Of a stretch of 64,000 nucleotides of DNA, positions 23,601-35,600 are shown one piece after another (within the stretch, counting starts at the first letter, position 1; every line of letters begins with the position of its first letter). The DNA comes from Amoebophrya sp. A120 (taxonomy: Eukaryota > Protista > Dinoflagellata): assembly GCA_905178155.1 (NCBI GenBank), contig CAJINV010000015.1:1943730-2007729 (forward strand). The letters run 5' to 3'. Under the pieces are notes generated by a model. That model was not told the DNA's origin, did no database searches, and was given only the letters and a program-made list of their open reading frames with translations. A program made the translations under genes and the position numbers.

Positions 23601-26600
23601 GTGACTCGACGTCGACAGCTGTTGGCTCCTCGTCCGCAGGAGCAGGCGCCGCTGGTTCATCTTCGCCAGTACCTTCTGCAGGCTCCACTGGTGTTGGTTG
23701 CTCAGTAGCATGTGGGTCTTCCTGCTGCTGCGCAGCGGACACTGCATCTGCTACAACTTCTGGTGCAGCTTCTGCATCTGCTGGCGAGGTGGATTCTTCG
23801 ACCCCAGTCACCTCGACCTCCTGTGTTTCTGGCAGTTCTTTCGGCTCCTCCTGGTTTACTGCGACTTGCTCCTCCGTCACGGTCAATCCCGGCAGCTCGA
23901 AGTCGTCCTCGAAGGTTTCGTATGCACTGCAAAAGTATCGTGCTCGTACTTCTAATTGCATATTTGTAGCAATTATGCATTACAAATCTAGGTAGTTAAG
24001 GTAAATCCGCATTACAAATTGAATCTGCATTGCTGAGCTCCTTTGTATTTATCGAAGAAAAAAACACCATCACAATCACAAAATTCAAATTTTCAAAATT
24101 TTGCAGGAGCTGAACAAAAAATTATTTTGATTCTCAGGTAAGAAAATACTTTTCAATTCTCGAATGCGAATGTATTTATTTTTGTGTTAGCTATTTGGTT
24201 ATGTCAAAAATGGCGGTTTGAATAAGCTAGCTAAGAGAGAGTTCTGAAGACAAACGATCAGCTTCCAGCAGACGAAGCTTGGTAGATGGGGTTGTCGCCC
24301 TCTGGCCCCACCTCGTAATCGCAGCGGAGTCCATTGGAAGTCTAGGAGCTGGTCGGATTGAGCAATTGAGCCAAGTGTCGGTCCGTATTTCGTGGCTCCC
24401 GCTGGCAATCTGTGATGCATATTAGGGGAGAATATAGCTCAGAATAGGCCAAATCAAGGCTAGAATGCTCGAAGTAAGGCTATATTATAGGCATTTTAAG
24501 CTGAATCAGACGTCTACAGGACCCAAAAGCCAGCATCCTGGCCCAATATTCCCCTCTGAAACCCTCCCAAAGCTTGCATCTAGCCAAGGCCTCCCCAGCC
24601 TGGCACTGTGGCCAAAGAGAAGTAGAACAAGGCCAGCCCCTGCACCCCCTGAGACCAACCCGACCCAGAAGCCTGCCCCCACCTGCAGAGCCGCGAAGAT
24701 GGGAACTCGCCCCCACCAGATCGAGCAGTGGTCCATTACACAGGCGACCCAGCTGCTGGAGGAGGAATTTTCGGTCATCTATACGCCGGAATTCCAAGCG
24801 GACATGGCGATTACGCCCAAAATTCAACCTGATGAAGCTGTCGACTCCCAGGAGATGGGCGCAAACAACGCGGCTCTGGATGGGCCGATGGCCGTGCTGC
24901 TCCAGATCAAGGGCTCCTGGAGCCCCTTGAAGCCGTGGCTCCAGAGCTTGAAATGCCAAATAATCAAGCACCGCAAATCCTACGCGAACACCATTCTCAT
25001 CGGCATCACGCGGAAACGGCAGGCCAGCGTCCTAGTTGTCCCAGTCACTAGGCACTACGACTGGGAGCTAATTGACCTGATGCACAACGAGTGGTGGTGC
25101 CGAAAAGAGGACCTGCCGAACAGGCTACGCGAGCACTGGCAGGGCTTTGCCCTCAACAAAACCGCTGCTCTCGGCCACTTCAATTGCGCATCCCGGATCC
25201 AGGCCGTCGAGCAGCGCATGCGCCAGCAGTTCGCGCAGGGCACAGTGGCCGCAGGCGGCGCGTATGCCCTGAATTCTGTTGGCTTCAAAGTGGTGGATGG
25301 GATTCTACGGTATGGCGGGCACACGATACGGCGCCAGGAAAGGACCGCGAAATTCAAACTAAACGGGCGCGGTGAAGTGGCGGGCATCAGGGTGAGCACC
25401 GCGAGGCATCATGCTATTTCACATTTAAGTTTTTTCGCGGTCGGCCGCGGCAGCTCTGGGCACTGCAGCCTCCCGCATTACACACTCATGAGACCGCGCC
25501 GCAACAGGCCAGAGCATTGCCACCCTAAACCTATTGAGAGAAAGATTGGAATCTTCATAAAATATTATACCAGGAAAAACGGATCGGGCTTCACCCCGGA
25601 CCAAGTCGACGCCTTCCTGCTGCATGTGCGCGCAAACCGCGGGCCGGCTCACAGCTACGCGGGCACTTTCTTCTTCCCCATTCGGGCCCTATCGCTTCAC
25701 GGCTACGCCCCAGAACTTATCCGATGAAACCTGACGTCCGTGGCTCGCCTGGAATACGTTTCTGCTGATGGCAGTAAGCCTGCAGAAGCTCTCTGTCCAA
25801 ACTATGTAGCTTTGTCATGCCGAACGTGCAAAGTCTGTCATGCAGAGCGACAACCTGGACAGCGTGTAAAGCAGATCTCAGCAATGGTAGAACTTCAGAA
25901 GCAGCGGCTTCTCAACAGAAACGCATGACAGATTAGCCACGGACGCAGATTTCAATTCCATATAGCCCACGGATGAAACGTAAGCAGTTTCTGACTGCCT
26001 TGTCGAAGAGCTGCTTTTCGCACCATTGTGTTTTCGTTTTCAAACAAAGCCTAAGGATATTTCTAAGAGGCAGAATGAATAAGCAGAATCATCTGAAACA
26101 AATCCACACACAGGCTACGGTGGTCCGGGACCCTAACACTATATCCGGAGAACCTGAACTACGTGGAAAATGGTGAAGCGTCCTGGGCGGATGAGTTTTA
26201 TTTATCGAAGGAGCAGATTTGTCATGCTGCTCAGCTGCAGGAGATGCTGAGCAAAGTGGTCAACGTCAACAGCGAAAGTTCTGACGACGCTATGGAGCTA
26301 TAAGTGATTTCCGGTGGCTCCTGCAGACCCACACAACATAAAAATAGCAGCGATGATTTTGACTGCTAGCAACGAGCCCCGAGGACCTTGCCGAGCCTCA
26401 ATCTGGACCAGTACAACTCTACTTCGATCACAAATTTTTCAAGTGGATGCCGAGGTGCGGAGAAGCTCACCAACAAGAAAGAAACAGAAGCAGAAACACT
26501 ATATTTTGAGATAGGCAAAGCGACTCACTTATTCCAAGCGGGGTAGTGCAGCTGAGGTCATTTATTGAGGGGTCCTGAAGTAGTTCATTTATTTCATGAT

Positions 26601-29600
26601 AAAAACCTTCGATAATTTCAAATCTGTGATGCGAAAACTATGTACCCGATTCCCTACATTGCCATATGTCCACCCGGGCCAGTTCCTTCGCAACATAAAT
26701 TGCGCATGACAGATTGCGAGAAGTCCACTCAAAAATGAGTTTCATTCTCAGAAAATAAATCGCGTGGTATTAACGTGCAGCAGTATTCGCCTGTAGTGAT
26801 GCTACGCAGCTTCAAACTACAGGAGAAAGAAAAGTGTGTTTGAAATTTGTCATGCGTTTTGCTTCTGTTTCTTCTTCGTTTCTTTCGAGGCGAGAAGTGA
26901 AGTTATTGCATGACAAGTTGTGTAGTTGTTCCATCAGTTCGTCTAGATCGGAAAACAAATCCGGATTACAGCGGAGTCTGGCGAAACCCTACCACAAAGA
27001 TTGCGGATGGAGCAACACCACACCCGGAGACGGATTGATATCAACACGAGATATAAAAATAAATCATTTATTGCATCACAAATCGAATTTTGTTGGTAGT
27101 GGCGCGAGCAGATAGTTCTATTTCTTCCTGCTTTCTAAATCTAAATGTTGAAAGCCGAACCACTTATAAAAGAAGAAAGGTATAACCACCTATGGAAATA
27201 CAAAGCGCATGCGATTTCTATGCAAAAAGAATTTCTAGAATAAATCTTATCTCGCTTCCACTTGAAAGCACTTTTTTGCTTCTCTACGCGCCGACTCGTC
27301 GAGAATATCAGCTTCAAAAATGCCAGCGATGCCAGCGGCGGATACAGTTCCGCAAGTTCAAAATTTGTCATGCATTTTTCCACTATCGCACATGGCTTGA
27401 GAAGAGCGATATGCGAGAGTGGATTTTTAGGTATGAAATGGCTACGAGGACACTGATTTGTCATGCAAACCACCGCTGGCGTGAAAGCTGGTCATTTTTG
27501 CATCTCATAGTACCGGGCTCAGTTGTCGAAAAGATCGAAGTCATCATCGGAGTTCTGCTCGTCGTCGGCCTGGAGGTCAGCAGCCAACCAAGTTCAGGAC
27601 CTCTCCGGCGCGGTCTCGCATGCTGCGCTCCTGGACCAGCAGCTCTTCGCAGTCCGGGCACTGCAACTTGTGGAGCCGCAGGGTGCCGGGACAGAAGGCT
27701 TGCTCGATAATCTCAATGAGATTTTGGCGGCCGCCGATAGTAGTCGTCATCTGCGGCTTCGGTCCGGGACCGAAGTCAGTACCTTTCGGCCAGACACACC
27801 GCAGCATCGCACCAACCTGTCCGGTACGACGGAGGCTGCGGCGGACCAGGTGGACGTCATCGTTACAAGCCGTGCAGATGTCCGCCCATTGCGTGGTGTT
27901 CATGACCCGGCCGAGCTCACGGCGCCCAGCCCGGTCCACTCCTTCCATTCCCGCACCGCCTTCGCCCGCTTCACGGGGAATGAGCAGCGTGTTGTTGCGG
28001 CGACGGCGCACAATCGGCTCGTCGTTGATCCCGTCGATGAGGATGGTGTTGTTCTCCAACAACTCCTTCACTTCCGCCACAGATTCTTCGATCGGACGAG
28101 ATTCGTCCGCGAGTCCCTGCAAAATCTTCCGCAAAATGCTCGCGGGGGGGGAGCTGATGATCGACTTCCCGGTGTAAATCCGAATGACATCCTTCAGGAT
28201 GGGGGACGGCAGGTGGTTGATGCACTCCATCACTCCCTGCTTGAACTCGATGATGTTCGCCTGCTGGAAATGGAACCGCAGCTGCCCGTGATGAAACGAA
28301 ATGGTGTAGTCAGAATATGCATTGCAAATTTGTCATGCGCACGGAGCGGTAGATTTGTGCTTCAACTTTATATTTCGGAATTGCAGCGATCGGGCAAGAA
28401 GCACAAATCTACACTTCCGCATGACAAATTTGCAATGCATATCTCCATGAAGGAGAGATGGGCCGTCAATCCCCACCCCGGCTGCATCTGGTTGTACGCC
28501 AGTGCGATCATCAGCACGTCTCCCGGAACTCTGGTCATCGACACTCCGAACCACTTCCCGTCGATAATCTGCAAGACCAACCACATGATCATTCCCAAAG
28601 TCCCGTCCTCCTCGTCGATAGCACAGACCGGGCGGTGGTCGGCAGCGCGGTGCCGCAAGCGCAGAGCATTGTCAACAGATTATGCAGATGAGCCTCCTGC
28701 TCCCTGAAATCACTACCATCTGTCATGCGCAAAATGTGATGCAAGATGCCGCGTCTGCTCCTCGCGCATTACAAAATCTGTGATGGCGAGCAGGAGGCTC
28801 ATCTGGATAAACGCTTGCCAACCTCTTCCAAGATCGGGATGTCGGCCGTCTGTTCGACGCGACTGGCCTGGAGGCGCACCGCGGTCTCCAAACCCGGCTT
28901 CACGTAGTTGATGGCGCTGGCGGCGATGTCGTCACTCAGAGAATTTATCCCAAAGAAAAATGTCTAAAGTGAATGTTTTCCATGATGCGAGTTCTTTTCC
29001 AGTGCCACATTATGTGTTTGTCATGCATGAGAGCAACACTCATTTTAGTTTTTTTCAGAGGATAGTCTCCAGCTTGATTCGATTCGCGATCTCCACCATC
29101 GGCTCCGGAAGCGGATGGGACATCCGCAGGTCCTCCAGGACTTTGAACTGCTGCTGCAGGGTCGGAGCGTCCTTAGACTCCTGCAAAACTTCTTCACGGA
29201 AAGACGCAGCGGTCGGCGGATCAGCGGTGTTTGCCAAAATCGGGCGGATCTGGGAAACCGGGGCAGGGGCGTGGCGGGAACTCGAGCCCCACAGGGACGG
29301 AGTCTTCCGGTACAGTTGCATGCACTTTTCGGCCCAGCGCAAGCGGCCGAAAGACAACTTGAACCGGCCTTGGAGGGCGCGGAAAATCTTCTGTGCGACA
29401 CTGGCATAACGCCAGTGCCGCTCGCCTTCAAATTCCCCCGTTGCACCGCTGATCACAATCAATTTCAACACCTCCTCCCCAAGCTCCGAATCGGTGTTCA
29501 GGAGGTTCTGAATGTAGGTGGCGAAGACATTCAGCTTCCGGCAAAACACGCCATTTCCGGCCGTCGTGTCCAGGACGTCGTGCTTAATATCGTTGGCCAT

Positions 29601-32600
29601 GATGTGGGCGTCAGAGATGCGGGGACGGAACACAACCGAAAACCACAGCCCGAAATTGGGGTCGAAGCACGTGTACAAGTAAAATCGCATGGTGAAGATC
29701 ATGATGCACATGGCGGAGTGCATTTCCTGCAGGTTGTGGATGTTCTTGCAAGCCTGCCGCATGGCAGCAAGCAAGAACCCCGGCATGTTCTCCTCCACGC
29801 TGATCAGAAAGTCGTGGCATTGACCGTCGAAGTTGGCCCAGGGAAACAGCGGCGTGTACTTCGCCTTGATTTCCGCTCGTCCCCGATCTGTCGACAAAGC
29901 ACCGGCGGTGACGGAAAGGCGCATGGAGTGAAACGAGTGGTGCACTTTGATGGAGTCGACGTAGTGCCGGGCTCGGTCTTCGTCGCAATTCTCGATGGAG
30001 TTCAAAAGGTCCAGCGTCCGCTGCTTGTCCGTGCGACGAGTGTTGTTTCCGCGACCGGCAGCTCCTTCGGGAGCAGTGTATGAAAGTGAAAGCCTCTTTG
30101 TAGATACGAAATTTGGAAATTTTGCATGACAAGTTCGAAATTCTACAACTAGAAGCTTCAAACTACCAAACCCGTTCTACAAAGAGTTTTTCACTTTCGT
30201 ACTTCATCATCTGCGTCGTCATCCGGATCACCTAAATTCCCAGCGGGAGCGTTTTGCTGCTGCGCGGGCGGATTGGCGGCCGGAGGAACAATCGGAGCAA
30301 CATCTGGATCATCCTGCACGTCCTCCATCTCGACGTCCATGGGGGCCAACAAGTTGCCGACCGGCTGCTGCTGCACTCCATCCGGATTATCAACAAGATT
30401 ACCTTCGTAGTCCAGCAGCGTGTCATTGCGATCGACTTCAGCCGCCACGAGATCCTCTCCATTCTTATGCAAGGGACAAACAACTGCAGCCTGCGCATAT
30501 AGGAAACGCAGCTGTGAGTTCATTTCCGCATGACATCTTTATTCTTCACATTTCCACGTGGTCAGATTGCTAGCTGTTTGTCATGCATATCTTCCACCGA
30601 ACACATCACTGCTGAGGCCCATGACACTGCCCTCCTCGGTCAAAACCAGTGGCGCAGGAAACAGGTCGAGATAATCCAGCGCGGTGCCATCCTCAAAAGT
30701 CGAGGGCTGGCCACGCTCCGAGCCGTCGACTCTGGCCCGAAACCCGTTCTCGAAGTCCAACATCTCGCGCAAGATCGCAATCACCACTTCGCTGTTTCTG
30801 AGCAGCCACTGTGCCACCGCCCATTCCGCAAACCAGCGGGCTCCCACCATACTGGTCAGCGACGCATCTGTATTGCGAGATTTGGGCGGATTTGAAGACG
30901 ACGATCAAGAGCTTTCGACTTTGAAAAACAATCTTTTCATTATTTGTTTTGTCAATCACAATAGACATTTTTTTTCGCTAACTCTAATATTTTTTGGACC
31001 CCCCCCGAAAACAAAAAATGTTTTCATTTTTGGTGTGATGTTGCACCAAAAAAAGAGTGAGTCCCCACCTATAGGCGAGCATCACACTTCACAAAATAAC
31101 CACTTTTGAAAAACTTGAAAAAAAAGCGACTTCGGAGTCCGCGCCTAAAACTGAACTTTTCCGGTTGTGGTGGTGTTTTTGTTTTTGCTTCTTTCGTTTG
31201 CACTTAGGTGGGGATTCAAAAAATATCACGTTTACAAAAAGCGCAAAAAGTGCCATTTTAGGTGGGGATAAAAAACACCATCACAACTCGCTTTTTTGTA
31301 TACAGGTGGGGATAAAAAACGCCATCACGTTTGATTTTCCACAAAAAAATGAAAAAAAGCCATGTTTTTTTTTGCACTTTTTGTCCCTTTTCGAACTCAC
31401 TTTTTGAGCACTTTTTCTCTTTCTGATCTGTGCGACCAAGAATCAAAGCGCTCACTTTTGAAAAAATCGAAAGCCGAAGGTTCCGGCTTTCGACTTGGGG
31501 CAAGTTTGGCTACCGGGCCGCTGGCCACGAGCTTCCTCCATCTTGTTTCAGGGCGCTGTGATGGCCATTTCAAAATAAAAAGCCGACTTGTATTGAGCCC
31601 AAAACCTGAAATCAACATAAACCACTTGCATGCACTACCGAACGCTAAGAGAAACAAAATCGAAGTACTTTCTTGTAGCGCCTTTTTCGTCGTCTTCCCG
31701 GTCTGCCGCTCGACCTTCACGATGCACAAGTTCTCCTCGTCGCACTTCTGCAGCAGGCGCTGCCTCGCAGCCTCGTAGGCGCCGCGGAGGCTGTTACGTG
31801 CGTATTGGCCGCGGAGGAAATCTCGCAAACAGAATCGGACCCGCGCGATGGCAAGGTACACGCGGCTGCATATATTTGAAAGTCGATGATGGATGCCGAG
31901 GCGCGTGACACAGTTGATCACGTAGCCGAGTCCTTGTCCAGAACGTACTTGTGATTCTTCTTGATCACTATCTATGATCAAACAGTGGCGCCAGCCACTG
32001 TAAAACGGTCCGACCAGTTTTCGCACCAAGGCCGGCCCCCCGAGCCAGTGGACAAGCCGGAACAAGTCGACGGCCTTGCCCTGCGCGGCGGAGTGCACGG
32101 GGTTTTTCCCTCCCGGAAGCCGTTGGCTCGGGCGCTGCAAGATCAGCGGGAAGAAGTAGGTGACAAACTTCCGGACGGGGTTGATCATGAAGCTCAAGTA
32201 AGCCTGAGTTTGTAATGCGTAAATCGTATAAGGCGAAGCTCTGTAATGCACAGATCCAAGGAAACAACGACTGATGCAATTTGTCATGCGAGAATCAACC
32301 AAAAGAAATCTAAACTCTATACCGCAAAGGAGGCTTTTTTCTCCTGCCCTTTTGTACTCTCATCGGTCTGAATGTTGATCGTTTTCTGCCACACTTGGTC
32401 ACTCAGTTGGGTGTACTCGCCGGGGTACTCGAAGTGGACAACGCCAAGCAGGTTGTTCATGAAGATGATCAAGTCGAGCGTCCCCCGCAGCAGATTGGTC
32501 TGGGTTGATTTTTTTGGGTCTTGAGGAGAATCTGTATTGCGGGAAAGAAGTGGAAATCATGCAGCTCGAGGCGTGGCTATCATATCTATTTTGGAAAAGC

Positions 32601-35600
32601 GGAAGTAGCGCGACCTAATGCGACAAAAGAAGGTGGATACGATTTACCAGCTGCAGGTGTGCGGACACCTCGGACTCGCAGTGCGCCTTCTCCAAAGCTG
32701 TGGCGATCAGCTGCAGCCTGTCGGAGTCGTTGAGGTCCTGCGGCTTATAGCGGACAGTGGCCAGCCACGCCTTCACCTGGTCGTTGTACCCGCGCCCCTT
32801 CATCCACAACAGGAACAAGGCCTGAAAGAATTTAAATTTGTATTGCGAAAATACGTTTTTCTTCTCATCAGTTTCGAGTTTGTGATGCGCAAATGATGTT
32901 CGACCGCAACTACCCAATTTGTCATGCATGTAGGGGCGCCGTCTTTCAGCGTGCTCTAAATTTGTCATGCGAAAATGCCCTCGGGCAAATGCCTCGAAAG
33001 CACTTCGCCATGTTGAAGATGCAGCTCTTGCAGCTTGCCCCACGAAAAAGTAGAGGAAAAGGTTGAAAAGAAAAACAAGCACCATCTCCAGTCCCATATT
33101 GGTCTTGCAGGTGCCGTTCTCCATGTCCAGGTCCTCCGCCGTGCCGTACATCTCGGACTGCTCGAGCTCCAGGCGCCACTGGGACCACTTCGGAGCCAAG
33201 GCTCCACGCTGGCGCTTCCAGTTGCCAACGCACGTGTCGCTGAGCATGCGGCACAGCATCAGCGTGCCGTTCTCGTGCAGTTTCTTGCTCTGTATATCCT
33301 ATGGCAAACTGGCCCCACGAGAGTCGTTTGATATGCAGCCATGCACTCCGTGCATGACAAATGAAGGTTGTGCATGGCACAGCAAACAACTTTCGAGGGG
33401 CGTTTGACATCGGATACACCTGCACCATCTTCAAACTATGTCGCTATCGAGAAAGCGCGGAGCGCAAACCCGCACAAAAACTATATTTGAATCTGAGTCG
33501 CTACGTAGATTTAGAAGCTACAAAACCTAGAAGCTCTAGTTTGCAATCAAGTGGAATTCCAGTCCTGTTTTCGCACGAAGTGCAAAAACGAAGGCCCTGT
33601 TAGAAGATGGCTCAAAATGCATGCATCGGAAAGAACTTTTCGCAGTCGCAATCAAGATCGGGTGGAGAACGAAAGACCTGCGTTTTGATTTCCGTGGAGC
33701 CTTGTCGTCCGAACTCGCTGAGAAGCAGCAGAACCGGGGAGAAAATTGAAAAAAGAATTGTTGTTGGATGGAGCGCATTGGTGGAAGAACGAGGCACCGC
33801 AGGGCCGAGCGATGAGCAGAAATTTGGGATCTCCTGCGGTCGTGGCTGTAGGCGACGAGAACGTTGATCGACGGCAAAGCCATTGGTGATCCGGGCGGTG
33901 ATCACGTTATTTTGATTTCGCGGAACCATAGAGCTTCGGTGGAAGGAGCTTTTCATTTCGGAAGGAGGAGGTTGAGGAACACGAAAGAAGAAGAAGCGGT
34001 AGCGGGCACGTAGCCTGTCGGCAAACATGAGAAGGGCGCAGCTTTATTGGGTTCCATCCGTCCGCTTAACAGTTAAAAAATAAAGTTTTTGCGAAGCTCG
34101 AAAAGCTTCACACTTTATCTCAGCAATGTATTCAAAAGGAGCAAGCTCCATACGCGGCGAAAATGTTCATTTTCTCCTCAATCGAGGAGTAGAAATCGTC
34201 GATGACATCGACTCAAATAAATGTAGTTCTTTCCCTGATAGTTCGTTTGATTCGACACCGTGGTCCGCAGATGGAAATGAAAACGATGCCCCCACCTTAG
34301 CGAAAGGCACAATTGCAAGATGCCTCATCCTCACACGCGTGACACTTTACAAAATGCATGACTAATTCCTGTCGCTGTGAAATCGTAACGAGATATCATC
34401 TTGTCACGCGTGACAGATTCCGATCTTGCGCTTTAGCCTTTCACTAAAGTGGGGTAGAATTTTTCAAATCCATAAGGACTGGGAGATCAGTGTCGCCGAG
34501 ACCGAACGCGGTGGAGGTGAAGATATCAGTTGATGAATATTCGGGAACTACTACTGCCGCAGCCGAAGTTGTTTTAGCCGGATATTCGAAATTATTGCTG
34601 GTGATGGTGCTGCTAAATCGGACGTTGTTTTTATTCCTTTCTTTCATTTGTTGTTTGAAGTTTGTCATGCAGGACCGCGTGACGTATGTAGACAGGTTTT
34701 GATATCAGTGTCCCGCTGCACTGGTCCGGATATCGGCACCGGTTTCGAGTGTAGTTGCTGATGGGAGGATGTAGGCACCTCCGATGAGCTTTTATTTCTA
34801 CGAATAATCGGTTTGCTCTTGTCGGCCCGCGACGAAATAGAACTGTGAAAAACTGCAACGCCGCAGTTTTGACGATGTTGATTCGGCCTGCACCAGCAGC
34901 ACCTACTGCGTTTTGTCCTTCTTCACCTCGTCCTTTTTCGAGGTATTCTGTTCCTCCTTGACCTCACCCTTCGTGGATTTGCTGCTGCTAGCCGGAGGCC
35001 CCGTCTTGGGCTTCGGCGAATAGTGCTTGTCGTTTTTCTTCTCCGACGGGGGCGGGTCCTTCTGCGACGCAGCAGTCTTGTCGTCGTTCTTTTTCTTCCC
35101 CGAGCTGCCCGGAGTACTGGCCAACTTCGTCTTCATGGGGGTGGACTTATCCTGTTTCGGCGCGGGCAGCTTCGGCGGCAACATCTTCGTCTTCTTTTCG
35201 GATCCCGGAGTCGCGACAGGACTCTTGCCGCGCGGAGTGCGCGCCTTCGACTCCGGGGTTTTCGGAGCGGCGTTTATGCAATTGAAAACGAGCCTCCGCT
35301 GCAGAAATTTCCAGGAGGCTGAACTTGTCATGCGTTTTTCGTTTTAGAGAAATCAACTTCTCCATAAAATGAACAACCTTGTCGTTCAGAAACCTGGAAA
35401 CAAATGCTGCAGCGAGGCCGTTTTCAAGTAGATACACTTCTGGGAGGACTGGGCACCACGGCCGGAAGCCTGCGAGGCAGTCGCCTTCTTCGTCGCTTTT
35501 TCACGCTTCGCACGCAGGGATTTGGCTTTGTCCGACAAAGCGCTACCACGCGACGGGCGCTCATCGGTACCCGGGACCTTCACCGTCGGCTTCGGAGCCT

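Noticed and set aside
27523-30083. Long plus-strand ORFs (27523-28707, 29115-30083) and similar ORFs at 35404, 217 and 7378
   Set aside because: Antisense shadows of GC3-rich coding sequence or GC-rich repeats, with no motifs.
33350-33440. Apparent hAT motifs DGAG...CCAMHNLHL on the minus strand
   Set aside because: Lies largely inside the IR-bounded intron 33290-33419 and in a frame that hits a stop; probably coincidental.
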